A model generated the notes under the pieces. That model saw only the letters and a program-made list of their open reading frames with translations, was not told the origin of the DNA and did no database searches. Shown one piece after another: positions 47,201 through 57,907 of a stretch of 64,000 nucleotides of DNA (its first letter is position 1; every line of letters begins with the position of its first letter). Where the stretch lies: positions 7,788 through 71,787 of the forward strand of contig CAZWQB010000001.1 of NCBI GenBank assembly GCA_964636035.1, in the 5' to 3' direction. Source of the DNA: an uncultured Roseivirgaceae bacterium (lineage in GTDB: Bacteria > Bacteroidota > Bacteroidia > Cytophagales > Cyclobacteriaceae). Position numbers and translations under genes: made by a program.

Positions 47201-47875
47201 ATGCGAATTGATGTAATTTCCTGTCTGCCCTCTCTATTGGCCAGCCCTTTCGACCACTCCATCATTAAAAGAGCAAAGGAAAAGGGTCTCGTATCTGTTT
47301 ATTTACATGATCTCCGCGACTTTACCACTTCTAAACACCGCAACGTAGATGATTATGCCTACGGCGGTGGTGCAGGCATGGTAATGATGATAGAGCCGAT
47401 TGCAAATTGTATCGATTATCTTAAGAACGAGCGAGACTATGACGAAGTGATCTATATGACTCCTGACGGGGCCACGCTGAACCAGTCAACGGCAAATGAA
47501 CTTTCGCTTTTAAAGAACATCATTATCCTCTGCGGACATTATAAAGGCATAGATGAAAGGATCAGGGAAACCTATATCACCCGGGAAATCAGCATAGGAG
47601 ATTATGTTCTCTCAGGTGGAGAACTGGCCGCTGCGGTATTAGCAGATGCAATCATACGGCTTATTCCGGGCGTGCTTTCAGATGAAACCTCAGCGCTTAC
47701 CGATTCCTTTCAGGATGGCTTGCTTGCCCCACCTGTTTATACCAGGCCCTATGACTTTCAGGGCCTAAAAGTTCCGGACATTTTGTTAAGCGGAAACGAG
47801 AAAGCGATAGAAAAATGGCGTTTTGACAAGGCAGTGGAAAGGACGCAGCAACGAAGGCCTGATTTGCTGGAATAG
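47201..47875 (+). CDS. trmD: tRNA (guanine37-N1)-methyltransferase
   Basis: [10 protein letters not shown]..., [34 protein letters not shown] prefer ATG 47201 over the track TTG 47195. Confidence 0.9.
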   Translation: MRIDVISCLPSLLASPFDHSIIKRAKEKGLVSVYLHDLRDFTTSKHRNVDDYAYGGGAGMVMMIEPIANCIDYLKNERDYDEVIYMTPDGATLNQSTANELSLLKNIIILCGHYKGIDERIRETYITREISIGDYVLSGGELAAAVLADAIIRLIPGVLSDETSALTDSFQDGLLAPPVYTRPYDFQGLKVPDILLSGNEKAIEKWRFDKAVERTQQRRPDLLE

Positions 47876-47966
47876 TAAGGTGCACCTCTCCAACAAACGT
47901 CCACTCAACTTTAGACATTAAGCATCAAATATTTGAATTAATTTTTAGTATATACAAAATTTTTTC

Positions 47967-47974
47967 TATCTTTG
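47967..47974 (+). promoter_or_regulatory. -7 promoter box TATCTTTG upstream of rplS
   Basis: Exact TAnnTTTG match 41 nt upstream of the rplS ATG. Confidence 0.45.
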
Positions 47975-48014
47975 CACTTCATTTTTCGGCGAGAAAGATT
48001 AATATCCATAAATC

Positions 48015-48368
48015 ATGAGCGATCTTATAAAATTAGTAGAGGAGGAATATAAAGCAAAAAGGAATAGCTTCCCTTCCTTCAAAGCGGGAGACACTGTCAA
48101 CGTCCACGTTAAAATCAGTGAAGGAAACAAGGAACGAATCCAGCAGTTCCAGGGCACTGTTATTCAAAGAAAGAATCCTAATTCAAACGGTGAAACATTT
48201 ACAGTAAGAAAGGTTTCTAACGGCATAGGTATTGAAAGAATATTCCCGATAATTTCTCCAAGTATCGAAAAAATAGAATTGATTCGTCAGGGAGCGGTAA
48301 AACAAGCCAGAATATTCTATTTGAGAGGCAGACAAGGTAAAGCAGCGAGAATTAAAGAGAAAATGTAA
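48015..48368 (+). CDS. rplS: 50S ribosomal protein L19
   Basis: 117 aa. [25 protein letters not shown] and RRAKLYYLR-like C-terminus ([18 protein letters not shown]). Confidence 0.95.
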   Translation: MSDLIKLVEEEYKAKRNSFPSFKAGDTVNVHVKISEGNKERIQQFQGTVIQRKNPNSNGETFTVRKVSNGIGIERIFPIISPSIEKIELIRQGAVKQARIFYLRGRQGKAARIKEKM

Positions 48369-48392
48369 TAACAAGAGTTATAATTTGACTAT

Positions 48393-48421
48393 GGCTGGTT
48401 CGCGAGGATCAGCCTTTTTTT
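48393..48421 (+). terminator. Rho-independent terminator after rplS
   Basis: GGCTGGT TCGCGAGG ATCAGCC (7-bp stem with one G-U), followed by TTTTTTT. Confidence 0.7.
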
Positions 48422-48712
48422 GTTTTGCGAGGAGTGTTACAACCCTCTCTCATTTCTATCCTTTTAATTAGCACGCAATATCCCCTACCGCTTTTATTCT
48501 CCCTGAGTTTCAGATTTAAAGGACACCTGGCGCCAGAGCTAAAGCTTCAATAAATTTTAGCGTTCAATGCAAGTACAATTTCTTCTCAGGAATTAAACAT
48601 TGAAGTACTTGCAGGATTATTACTATGAGGAAACAATAACCCAAGCTGAGACAGGATTAATTGCTTTTCCTTCTATTTCTACATATAAAGGTAATAATCT
48701 AAATAAACTCTC

Positions 48713-49708
48713 ATGATCAAGCAGATTGTATTGGCCAGTCGGCCAAAGGGCATGCCCGGTAAAGACAATTTTAGGATAGAGTCTGTCGAACTACCGGAAA
48801 TTAAAGATGGAGAAGTGCATGTACGAGGGCTTTACTACTCGGTAGATCCTTACATGCGTGGAAGAATGAACGACGCCAAGTCATATGTTCCGCCGTATCA
48901 AATTGGCGCCCCCATAGATGGCGGCGTAATTGCAGAGGTGATTTCGAGTAAGAGCGAACGATTTAAACCCGGAGATAAGATTCTTGGCAATCTGAAATGG
49001 GCTACAGAATCGATAGTCCCTGCCAAGGTTATTAAAACAATTGATGAAAATCTGGCGCCCGCCACCTATTATTTAGGAATTTTGGGAATGCCCGGTTTAA
49101 CCGCCTATTTCGGCCTGATGGACATTGGGAAGCCCAAGGAAGGCGAAACAGTCGTTATTTCTGGCGCAGCAGGTGCAGTGGGCATTGTGGTAGGTCAAAT
49201 TGCAAAGATTCAGGGTTGTCGGGTTGTTGGTATCGCAGGCGATGATCAAAAACTGAAGATGTTAAAAGATGAACTGGGTTTCGACGCTGTCATTAACTAC
49301 AAAACTACTGGCGATATTGCCGCAGAAATTGCTGCGGCGTGCCCGGACAAAGTAGATATTTATTTCGACAACGTAGGAGGCGATATTTCAGATGCTGTAA
49401 TAAAACACATCAACTTCTTCGCGCGAATTCCACTATGTGGGCAGATAGCTTTATACAACGCCTCGGAAACTCCTGTGGGGCCGCGCATACAACCCATGCT
49501 ACTAACCCGAAGTGTATTGATGCAGGGTTTTATAGTAAGCAATTACCACCAGCGCTTTGATGAAGCTATTAAAAAAATGTCACAATGGCTCAAAGAAGGG
49601 AAGTTGAAATATACTGAAACAATTAAAGAGGGATTTGAGAACCTGCCGGAAACCTTTTTGGGGCTGTTCAAGGGCGAGAATTCAGGAAAGATGATCGTAA
49701 AAGCATGA
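48713..49708 (+). CDS. NADP-dependent medium-chain oxidoreductase (YncB / prostaglandin-reductase-like)
   Basis: 331 aa. GAAGAVGIVVGQIAK NADP-binding motif and C-terminal GENSGKMIVK are typical of this subfamily. Confidence 0.85.
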   Translation: MIKQIVLASRPKGMPGKDNFRIESVELPEIKDGEVHVRGLYYSVDPYMRGRMNDAKSYVPPYQIGAPIDGGVIAEVISSKSERFKPGDKILGNLKWATESIVPAKVIKTIDENLAPATYYLGILGMPGLTAYFGLMDIGKPKEGETVVISGAAGAVGIVVGQIAKIQGCRVVGIAGDDQKLKMLKDELGFDAVINYKTTGDIAAEIAAACPDKVDIYFDNVGGDISDAVIKHINFFARIPLCGQIALYNASETPVGPRIQPMLLTRSVLMQGFIVSNYHQRFDEAIKKMSQWLKEGKLKYTETIKEGFENLPETFLGLFKGENSGKMIVKA

Positions 49709-49955
49709 TGTTTGAGGCTATTGGCGCGATTTGATCAGCTTTCCAGACATTCTCAGGAGAATTTTGTGATAGTAGCTTCCAAAAAAGTCTCTGTCAACCA
49801 TTTTCTTTAAAACCTACTGCCAAAATATTATTGCAGCAGTGTTATATTCCAGTATATTTACGTTTAGGTTTTAGAATCCAGGGCTGACCCTTTGAAAACA
49901 GTTATATGTAGACAAATAGCCACAAACTGAACATCCCAAAGAGCATGCTCGGAAG

Positions 49956-49984
49956 ATTCGCCACAAAAGTGCAGGCGAATTTTG
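49956..49984 (+). terminator. Orphan terminator-like hairpin in the noncoding region
   Basis: ATTCGCC-N11-GGCGAAT followed by TTT. No plus-strand ORF ends nearby; the closest stop is at 49708. Confidence 0.3.
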
Positions 49985-50004
49985 GTTCTACGGGTAAGGC
50001 TATT

Positions 50005-50028
50005 TTGTCCCAAACATGTTTGGGACAA
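50005..50028. repeat. Perfect 24-bp palindrome TTGTCCCAAACA|TGTTTGGGACAA
   Basis: Read directly. It is fully self-complementary around a central CATG. Confidence 0.9.
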
Positions 50029-50213
50029 GGTTCTGGCTTTGAAAAACAAATGATATTCAGATGAAAAAACCATAAGGGGAACCATACCCACCGAGGTTGA
50101 ATAACCGATCTCGGGGAGCTGGGCATACCTCGAACGAAAATAGGTTATTCCATCCCGAAGCAAGTCCGGGACAGGATTCTGGCCATTTAAAACAATTTAT
50201 TCAGATGAAAAAC
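50022..50213 (+). repeat. Direct duplication of the dapF 5' leader and start codon (copies 50022-50070 and 50168-50213)
   Basis: Copy 1: GGGACAAGGTTCTGGCTTTGAAAAACAAATGATATTCAGATGAAAAAAC. Copy 2: GGGACAGGATTCTGGCCATTTAAAACAATTTATTCAGATGAAAAAC. They are roughly 80 percent identical by eye. Copy 2 holds the real dapF ATG; copy 1 opens a 4-codon ORF. Confidence 0.7.
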
Positions 50214-50981
50214 ATTCAATTTTACAAGTATCAGGGAACCGGCAATGACTTTATAATGATCGATAACCGGTCTATGGTATTTGATGGTGGCGAACATCAT
50301 CTGATCACCAGACTTTGCAACAGAAGGTTTGGTATTGGCGCGGACGGTCTGATCCTAATTCAAAACCACCCCGACTGCGATTTTGAAATGGTCTATTTCA
50401 ATGCAGATGCCTCACAAAGTATGTGTGGCAATGGAAGCAGGTGTGCTGTAAAATTCGCCCAAAAACTGAATATCATTCAAGACCATTGCACATTCATGGC
50501 GATCGATGGCTTGCACGAGGCAACCATAAGCAATGGACACATTAAGCTGAAGATGGGCGATGTAAACCAGGTAGATAAAGTCGAGGACGACTACTATATC
50601 AATACGGGATCTCCGCATTACGTTAAATTTGTTGATCATTTAGATAAATTTCCTGTATTCGAAGCAGGAAAAGCAATACGAAATTCCGAGCCTTTTAAAG
50701 AACAAGGAACAAATGTAAATTTCGTTTCATTGAACGGGCATAACAAAATCTTTGTCAGGACATACGAACGAGGTGTGGAGGATGAAACGCTTTCTTGCGG
50801 CACGGGCGTAACAGCCTGTGCATTGGCTGCAAGTTTTTCCGATTACGTCAGTCCGATTAAAGTAGAAACGTTGGGAGGCACGCTGGAAATAGCCTTCCTT
50901 CAGGAAACGAGCGGTTCATTTAGAGAGATATATCTCTCCGGACCGGCGGAAGAGGTTTTTTCAGGAACCATTGGTATATGA
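50205..50981 (+). CDS. dapF: Diaminopimelate epimerase
   Basis: MKNIQFYKYQGTGNDFIMIDN plus the two catalytic Cys contexts SMCGNGSRC and SCGTGVTA. The track ORF start (50097) is an upstream read-through. Confidence 0.9.
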   Translation: MKNIQFYKYQGTGNDFIMIDNRSMVFDGGEHHLITRLCNRRFGIGADGLILIQNHPDCDFEMVYFNADASQSMCGNGSRCAVKFAQKLNIIQDHCTFMAIDGLHEATISNGHIKLKMGDVNQVDKVEDDYYINTGSPHYVKFVDHLDKFPVFEAGKAIRNSEPFKEQGTNVNFVSLNGHNKIFVRTYERGVEDETLSCGTGVTACALAASFSDYVSPIKVETLGGTLEIAFLQETSGSFREIYLSGPAEEVFSGTIGI

Positions 50982-51197
50982 TGAAGACTGCTTCTGCCAT
51001 AATGATTGCTGGCAGTAAGTTTGCTAATGGTAAAAGATGCGATTTGTATTGGATTCAAGTTGCACCTTACCTGGTTCAGTCATTTTGGCTTTACAGCCTG
51101 GCGCAAAAAGTTAAAAAAGAGTAGAGATTTCCGGGGGATTACATATTAAATTGATTTAGAATTTACACCTTACAAGGTTTTAACAAATATTCAACTT

Positions 51198-54100
51198 ATG
51201 TTAGATTTTCTTACAAAAGGGCTGACCAAAATGTTTGGCAGTAAATCAGATAAAGATATTAAACAGATTTTACCTTATGTAAATCAGATTAATGATGCTT
51301 TCAGGCAGCTTGCTGCTTTGAGTGATGACGAGCTTCGAGCCAAAACGGCAGAAGTTAAAGCAAGGATAAAGTCCGACCTTAAAGACATAGATGACAAAAT
51401 AGCAGCGTTGCACCAAAAGGTGGAAGACAATCCTGAATTGGATATCGATGAAAAAGAGGCAATTTTTAATGAGATAGACAAGCTGGAAGAAGAGCGGAAT
51501 AAGTCGCTGGAGGATGTTTTGCTAAAAGTTTTGCCTGATGCTTTTGCCATTGTGAAGGAAACTGCCCGAAGATTTAAAGAGAATCAAAAGCTCGAAGTCA
51601 CCGCTAATTTACACGACAGAGAATACGCGAGCGCGCATTCGAATGTCACCATTGAAGGAGATAAGGCAATCTGGGCAAACAAGTGGATAGCCGGGGGCAC
51701 TGAAGTAACCTGGGACATGCTCCATTACGATGTACAGCTTATTGGAGGGGTGGTATTGCACCAGGGCAAAATTGCCGAAATGGCGACAGGTGAAGGTAAG
51801 ACGCTGGTAGCTACACTCCCTGCTTTCCTCAATGCATTGGCAGACAGAGGCGTGCATGTGGTAACTGTAAACAGCTACCTTGCAAAAAGGGATTCGGAAT
51901 GGATGGCGCCTTTATTTCAGTTCCATGGGCTTTCCATCGACTGTATAGATAATTACCCTCCCAACAGTGAGCAAAGAAGGAAAGCTTATAGGGCAGACAT
52001 TACCTATGGAACCAACAACGAGTTTGGCTTTGACTACCTGAGGGATAATATGTCTCGAGACCCCAAAGATCTGGTACAGAGGAAACATCATTTTGCAATG
52101 GTGGATGAAGTCGACTCCGTATTGATTGATGATGCACGAACGCCACTTATCATTTCCGGACCTGTTCCAAAGGGCGATGAACATGAATTTTATGACCTCA
52201 AACCGCGGATTGCGAAACTGGTAGAAGCGCAAAAGAAGCTTGTGGGAGAATACTTGCTTGAGGCTAAAAAGAAACTAAAGGATGGTGATGATAAAGAAGG
52301 TGGTCTGCCTTTGTTCCGCGCCTTCCGGGGTTTGCCCAAATACAAGCCGTTGATCAAATTCTTAAGTGAGACCGGAATCCGCCAGACACTTCAAAAAACT
52401 GAAAATTTCTATCTTCAGGACAACTCCAAAATGATGCCTGAGGCAGATCAGCCGCTTTATTTTACCATTGATGAAAAGCATAACAGCATAGATCTGACTG
52501 AGAAAGGAATTGATCTTATCACCGGAGATGGCGAAGATGCCTCATTCTTTATTCTACCAGACATCGGGGTTGAAATTGCAAATCTGGAAAATGACAATGC
52601 CCTGAGTGATGAAGAAAAGCTGAAAAAGAAAGAAGAGTTCATCAAAGACTATTCCGTAAAAGCACAAAGAATACATACCATCAATCAATTGCTCAAAGCC
52701 TATACCCTCTTTGAGAAAGATACCGAGTACATTCTTGTGGACGGAAAAGTAAAGATTGTGGATGAGCAAACGGGAAGGGTGATGGAAGGCAGAAGATACT
52801 CTGATGGCTTGCATCAGGCCATTGAAGCCAAGGAAAATGTAAAGGTGGAAGATGCCACGCAAACTTATGCCACCGTAACCCTGCAGAATTATTTCAGGAT
52901 GTACCATAAACTCGCTGGAATGACAGGTACTGCCGAAACAGAAGCCGGTGAATTCTGGGAGATCTACAAGTTGGATGTAGTGGTAATCCCCACCAACAAA
53001 CCGATCATAAGAGACGACCGCGAAGACAAAGTTTACAAAACCGTGCGGGAGAAATTCAATGCAGTAGCCGACGAAATCAGTGAACTGACCCAAGCCGGGC
53101 GCCCGGTGTTGGTAGGTACTACTTCCGTAGAAATCTCTGAATTACTGAGTAGAATGCTCAAACTTCGAAACATATCACATCAGGTTTTGAACGCTAAACA
53201 ACACCAGCGTGAGGCCGAAGTGGTTGCGGAAGCGGGAAAATCGGGAACGGTAACCATTGCAACCAACATGGCAGGCCGGGGTACAGATATTAAGCTTTCG
53301 CCGGAGTCGAAAGCAGCAGGTGGACTTGCCATTGTAGGTACAGAAAGGCACGAGTCACGACGGGTTGACAGACAGCTCAGAGGACGTTCGGGCCGACAGG
53401 GAGACGTGGGATCCAGCCAGTTCTTTGTCTCGCTGGAAGACAACCTGATGCGCTTGTTTGGATCAGATCGGATCGCCAAGCTGATGGACCGTATGGGACT
53501 GGAAGAAGGCGAAGTCATTCAGCACTCTATGATCACCAAGTCGATAGAAAGAGCTCAAAAAAAGGTAGAGGAAAACAACTTCGGAATCAGGAAGCGACTG
53601 TTAGAGTATGACGATGTGATGAATTCGCAAAGGGAGGTAATCTATACCCGCCGAAGGAATGCGTTGTTCGGAGAAAGATTACAGCTAGATATCATGAATA
53701 TGCTTTATGATACCTGTGAAGACCTGGTGTTGAACAGCAAAACCGGTGAAAACTACGATAGCTTTAAGCTGAACACCCTTAGTGTCCTCGGAATTGACTA
53801 TCCGATCACGCAGGAAGAGTTTATGAAGATATCTCCGGAAGACCTTTCAAGGCAACTGTATGATACTACCTACGCACATTATCAGAAAAAGAACAACGCA
53901 ATTGCAGAAAAAGCATATCCTATCATTAAGGATATCCATGAGAAGAAAGGAGCAACCATAGTTGATATTCTGGTGCCATTTACTGACAGGAAAAAACAAA
54001 TAGGGATATCATCAAATCTTCAAAAGAATGTGGACACGCATTGTAAAGAATTGATCCGGTCCATGGAGAAATTTGCGACCCTTGCATTCATAGATCAAGC

Positions 54101-54560
54101 CTGGAAAGAGCATTTGAGAGAAATGGACGACCTGAAGCAATCTGTTCAAAATGCTGTGTATGAACAAAAAGATCCGCTGCTGATATATAAATTTGAAGCA
54201 TTTCAATTGTTCAAAGCATTTTTGGCTAAAGTAAATGAAGAGACCATCTCATTTTTACTCAAAGCCGATCTTCCGGTGCAGCAACCAGAAGATGTAAGAG
54301 AAGCAAAAGCACCGCAGAGGAGCGCACAACGACTGAATGAATCAAAAGAAGAAAGCCATTCTTTACTGGCAGGCAAAAACACTGACACCCGAAACAGACC
54401 TCCTGTGGAAAAAGTGGCTCCCGTGAAATCTACAAAAGTAGCCGGAAGGAACGATCGTGTCAGCGTACAATATCCTGATGGAACTGTTAAAAAAGATGTT
54501 AAATATAAAACTGTGGAAGAGGATCTGGTAAATAACAAATGTGTACTTATAGAGAATTAG
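51198..54560 (+). CDS. secA: Preprotein translocase ATPase SecA
   Basis: 1120 aa. Walker [43 protein letters not shown]. Confidence 0.95.
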   Translation: MLDFLTKGLTKMFGSKSDKDIKQILPYVNQINDAFRQLAALSDDELRAKTAEVKARIKSDLKDIDDKIAALHQKVEDNPELDIDEKEAIFNEIDKLEEERNKSLEDVLLKVLPDAFAIVKETARRFKENQKLEVTANLHDREYASAHSNVTIEGDKAIWANKWIAGGTEVTWDMLHYDVQLIGGVVLHQGKIAEMATGEGKTLVATLPAFLNALADRGVHVVTVNSYLAKRDSEWMAPLFQFHGLSIDCIDNYPPNSEQRRKAYRADITYGTNNEFGFDYLRDNMSRDPKDLVQRKHHFAMVDEVDSVLIDDARTPLIISGPVPKGDEHEFYDLKPRIAKLVEAQKKLVGEYLLEAKKKLKDGDDKEGGLPLFRAFRGLPKYKPLIKFLSETGIRQTLQKTENFYLQDNSKMMPEADQPLYFTIDEKHNSIDLTEKGIDLITGDGEDASFFILPDIGVEIANLENDNALSDEEKLKKKEEFIKDYSVKAQRIHTINQLLKAYTLFEKDTEYILVDGKVKIVDEQTGRVMEGRRYSDGLHQAIEAKENVKVEDATQTYATVTLQNYFRMYHKLAGMTGTAETEAGEFWEIYKLDVVVIPTNKPIIRDDREDKVYKTVREKFNAVADEISELTQAGRPVLVGTTSVEISELLSRMLKLRNISHQVLNAKQHQREAEVVAEAGKSGTVTIATNMAGRGTDIKLSPESKAAGGLAIVGTERHESRRVDRQLRGRSGRQGDVGSSQFFVSLEDNLMRLFGSDRIAKLMDRMGLEEGEVIQHSMITKSIERAQKKVEENNFGIRKRLLEYDDVMNSQREVIYTRRRNALFGERLQLDIMNMLYDTCEDLVLNSKTGENYDSFKLNTLSVLGIDYPITQEEFMKISPEDLSRQLYDTTYAHYQKKNNAIAEKAYPIIKDIHEKKGATIVDILVPFTDRKKQIGISSNLQKNVDTHCKELIRSMEKFATLAFIDQAWKEHLREMDDLKQSVQNAVYEQKDPLLIYKFEAFQLFKAFLAKVNEETISFLLKADLPVQQPEDVREAKAPQRSAQRLNESKEESHSLLAGKNTDTRNRPPVEKVAPVKSTKVAGRNDRVSVQYPDGTVKKDVKYKTVEEDLVNNKCVLIEN

Positions 54561-54656
54561 TGTTCCGAACTTAATGCACTTCCTCAACTTGTAAATTTTG
54601 CCTTTCAATTAAAATAAATGAAAAGGTAATCTGTTTATACTATTAATATCATACCA

Positions 54657-55169
54657 ATGCGAATCGTGAGTTATTTCTTTTTATATTCTGTTATTGCAGG
54701 CTTAATCAGCTGCGGTACAAGTACATCCATGTCGAGTAGTTCCAGTAAAAACACCTATGTTGAAGATTTAAGTGTGCACCGCATCGACTACGAAGCCATT
54801 GAGGAAGCGCCGGTGAAGGAAAACATCAATGAAATTCCAATCGAGGGTAACATCAGTACGGAAAGCGAAGTAACAGCGGAAATTGATGCAAAACTTGAAC
54901 AAATTGCCGAGTCCAATAAGGGCAAGCAGATCTCCGGTTTTACGGTGCAGGTATACACAGGCAATAGCAGAGAGGCTGCCAACCAGTCTAAAGACATGGT
55001 ATACCGCCTGATTCCTGATGCCAGGCCACAAATTCAATATGTGCAGCCCAATTATAAGGTAAAAGTGGGCAAATTTATAGACAGGCTGGAAGCACACAAA
55101 ACCTACACTACCCTGAGAAAAGAGTTTCCTTCGGCCATGATTATTCCCGAGCGATTCACTATCCAATAA
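54657..55169 (+). CDS. SPOR-domain lipoprotein
   Basis: Lipobox GLISC. The C-terminal ~75 aa (GFTVQVYTGNSREAANQSKDMVYR...YKVKVGKFIDRLEAHKTYTTLRKEF) resemble a SPOR peptidoglycan-binding domain. Confidence 0.65.
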   Translation: MRIVSYFFLYSVIAGLISCGTSTSMSSSSSKNTYVEDLSVHRIDYEAIEEAPVKENINEIPIEGNISTESEVTAEIDAKLEQIAESNKGKQISGFTVQVYTGNSREAANQSKDMVYRLIPDARPQIQYVQPNYKVKVGKFIDRLEAHKTYTTLRKEFPSAMIIPERFTIQ

Positions 55170-55187
55170 TTATTAATAACTGAAGCT

Positions 55188-56372
55188 TTGAAGGAGCAAA
55201 TAAAAGACTTAGCAAAAGCGCTGGCACAGGATATCATCGAAATACGCAGGCATCTACATGCGCACCCGGAGTTATCGTTTCAGGAGTATAACACCGCTCG
55301 TTTTATCGAGGAGAAGCTAAAGAGTTTTAACATCCCTTTTTCAAAGATTGCGGGCACGGGGTTGGTAGCGCTTATTAAAGGAAAAAACCCGGACAAAAAG
55401 ATTATTGCCTTAAGAGCAGACATTGACGCGCTGCCTATTAACGAGGCAAATGATGTGCCTTACAAGTCAACGGTAGAAGGTGTTATGCATGCCTGCGGGC
55501 ATGACGTCCATACATCATCTTTGCTGGGAACTGCAAAAATACTTTATACTTTAAGGGAGCAATTCGAAGGTACCGTCAAGTTGCTCTTTCAACCGGGAGA
55601 AGAAAAAATGCCCGGAGGCGCTTCATTGATGATCAAAGAGGGGGCGCTGAAGAATCCAGCTCCTGAAAATATATTAGGCCAGCATGTTATGCCTTTTATT
55701 CCGGTGGGCAAGGTAGGGTTCAGGAGTGGTATGTACATGGCCAGTACCGATGAGCTGTACTTTACGGTAAAAGGCAAAGGAGGGCACGGCGCTATGCCGG
55801 AAAGAAATGTAGACCCCGTCCTGATCACCTCCCATATCATAGTTGCATTACAACAAGTGGTAAGCAGGAATTGCGATCCCAAAGTGCCCTGTGTATTGTC
55901 ATTTGGCAAAGTGATAGCCAATGGCGCCACGAACATAATTCCCGATGAGGTGAAGGTAGAAGGCACCTTCAGAACCATGGACGAAAATTGGCGAGCTGAG
56001 GCCCATAAGAAGATGGTGAAAATTGCGGAAGGTATTGCCGAAGCTATGGGTGGGGTTTGTGAGTTTACAGTGTTGAATGGCTACCCATTCCTAAAAAATG
56101 ATCCACCACTCACCGAGCGTGCGAAACAAAATGCCATTGAATACCTTGGCGAAGAAAATGTTTTAGACCTGGATTTATGGATGGCTGCCGAAGATTTCTC
56201 CTATTATTCACAGCAAATACCCGCGTGTTTCTACAGATTAGGCACGCGAAACGAGGAGCGGGGAATTGTTTCCTCTGTTCATACTCCCACCTTTGATATC
56301 GACGAAAAAGCACTCGAGATCGGATCCGGGCTTATGGCCTGGCTAACGCTCAAGGAGCTAAGTCAAAAGTAG
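55188..56372 (+). CDS. M20-family amidohydrolase (N-acyl-amino-acid / hippurate hydrolase-like)
   Basis: IRRHLHAHPELSFQE, MHACGHDVH, FQPGEE. 394 aa with a TTG start. Confidence 0.85.
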   Translation: MKEQIKDLAKALAQDIIEIRRHLHAHPELSFQEYNTARFIEEKLKSFNIPFSKIAGTGLVALIKGKNPDKKIIALRADIDALPINEANDVPYKSTVEGVMHACGHDVHTSSLLGTAKILYTLREQFEGTVKLLFQPGEEKMPGGASLMIKEGALKNPAPENILGQHVMPFIPVGKVGFRSGMYMASTDELYFTVKGKGGHGAMPERNVDPVLITSHIIVALQQVVSRNCDPKVPCVLSFGKVIANGATNIIPDEVKVEGTFRTMDENWRAEAHKKMVKIAEGIAEAMGGVCEFTVLNGYPFLKNDPPLTERAKQNAIEYLGEENVLDLDLWMAAEDFSYYSQQIPACFYRLGTRNEERGIVSSVHTPTFDIDEKALEIGSGLMAWLTLKELSQK

Positions 56373-56394
56373 TCAGCTTGTATAACTTTATGCT

Positions 56395-57525
56395 TTAGTT
56401 GAAGAAGTAGTTTAATACCTCTTGCCTTATATTCGGATTAATAGCCACTGCTAATACCAATGATACTATCAAACCAATAGTTGCATAGGCCATGTCTTTT
56501 CCCGCCATCCGTAAGCTATTCTTCAGCGATTTCGCTTTTTTCTTATGGCGCTTTTTGGTGAGACTAATGGCTATTTCCCTTCCGCCTAAGAGCCCGATAA
56601 ACACCCATGTAGTACTCATAGGAATCGTACTTATGGCTTTGAAATAAAATAGCAACATGGCATATATAAAATCTACTATTGTTGCAGCCCTCACATCCGT
56701 GACCCCTGATTTCTCATTCACAATTTTTTGAATTTTGTCACCTTTAAGATAAAAAAGGAGCCCAATTCCGGCGAATATAAACAGCGTAAAGGCGATAAAC
56801 TGAGCCACATTTAGACTTCTCGGAAGAAATATGGCAATGTTTGCTGCATCCTGCTGGATCCACACCGACCACAAAATCCCGCTGGTTATCCACTGAATTA
56901 CATTCCAATAGGGGGCCGGCTTCCCCTTAAAATATTGCTTTACAAAGGCCCCTACCATATACCAGGTAATTATTGCAACAATGAAGGCAATCACATAGCC
57001 TGCAAAACTTTTTTGCATTACGTCCCAAATTGCCCCGGCGTCTGTTGCAAAGGCATTCAGCAACAGAAAAGTGGTGGATACAGGCATGCGCATCCTGGTA
57101 AGGATAAGCAGGATCAAAGGTGCTGATAACTGTAGGAAGGTAAAGCTGGTGGGCGCCTCATTAAAACCCTTAGAGGCCAAACGCTGAAAACTAACATCAC
57201 CATCAAATACAATAAAGCTGTAAGTGACTGTGGCAACAAAAATAAGACCTATGAAAAGCCATAAAATCCACCATCTCCGTTGCTGATTAGACGCAATAAA
57301 CGTACCTATGGTTTGGATGCTATCATTGGCTATTGCAGAATAAGCGGCCAACATAAAGCCAAACCACATGGCTACTTGTGGATACGGGGTAACTACTCCC
57401 GCGATAAACGTGAGTATGGCCAAAAATGCAATAAAGGTGCTTTCCCTTTTGGTAACATCAAATATCTGATAGGTGCCTCCCGAAAGCTTATCCTGAGTTA
57501 TTTTATCAGTAATTTTTTTTGCCAT
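56395..57525 (-). CDS. Polytopic membrane protein, distant PiT/PHO4-like phosphate-transporter family candidate
   Basis: 376 aa with about 10 TM helices. It has degenerate PiT signatures: IANDSIQTIGTF (compare GANDVANAxGT) and two P(V/M)STT motifs. Confidence 0.45.
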   Translation of the reverse strand: MAKKITDKITQDKLSGGTYQIFDVTKRESTFIAFLAILTFIAGVVTPYPQVAMWFGFMLAAYSAIANDSIQTIGTFIASNQQRRWWILWLFIGLIFVATVTYSFIVFDGDVSFQRLASKGFNEAPTSFTFLQLSAPLILLILTRMRMPVSTTFLLLNAFATDAGAIWDVMQKSFAGYVIAFIVAIITWYMVGAFVKQYFKGKPAPYWNVIQWITSGILWSVWIQQDAANIAIFLPRSLNVAQFIAFTLFIFAGIGLLFYLKGDKIQKIVNEKSGVTDVRAATIVDFIYAMLLFYFKAISTIPMSTTWVFIGLLGGREIAISLTKKRHKKKAKSLKNSLRMAGKDMAYATIGLIVSLVLAVAINPNIRQEVLNYFFN

Positions 57526-57690
57526 TTGGGGTATGTCGCTTGAAAATAAGGTTCAAAATAATCAGGATCTTTCCAATTTGATTACAAAACTAAAAAAATG
57601 TTTTACATATATAAATAAAAATATACGTTATCCACGCTATTTGTACTTGACCCGCAAATTAAAATTCTGCACCAATGGCTTTAATTGAAG

Positions 57691-57722
57691 CTCAGGAGAG
57701 ATTTCACCGCCTGAGATTTTTG
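57691..57722 (+). terminator. Terminator-like hairpin inside the divergent intergenic region
   Basis: CTCAGG-N13-CCTGAG (6-bp perfect stem) followed by ATTTTTG. It lies about 185 nt upstream of the Na/Pi cotransporter start. Confidence 0.3.
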
Positions 57723-57907
57723 TGCATGATCATAGTTTTAGTTTTATATGATAAATAACTTTAGTTTATGTTATTTTACGCTTTCAACAAAACATATCAT
57801 ATTGACGAGATATTGCCCCGGTCAACAACGTATAATGAAAACGCATCTAAATTGTTCAGTAATTCAACCTATTATGATTATTCGTAATCCAGGAGAACCT
57901 GCATTGT

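Noticed and set aside
49864-50163. 99-aa and 74-aa minus-strand ORFs upstream of dapF
   Set aside because: No motif and no start context. They span the palindrome and the duplicated leader, so they are most likely fortuitous.
50155-50175. GAAGCAAGTCCGGGAC resembles the RNase P RNA P4 motif GAGGAAAGUCCGGGC
   Set aside because: The flanks lack the other universally conserved RNase P blocks, and the available space is too short for a ~350-nt type A RNA.
52554-53093. 179-aa minus-strand ORF, and the many other 60-160-aa ORFs nested antisense in secA, carB, sucA, sucB, lpdA, ppk1, dxs, the E1 gene and the TonB receptor
   Set aside because: These are typical shadow ORFs opposite long, strongly supported genes. 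They have low-complexity or odd composition and no start context.
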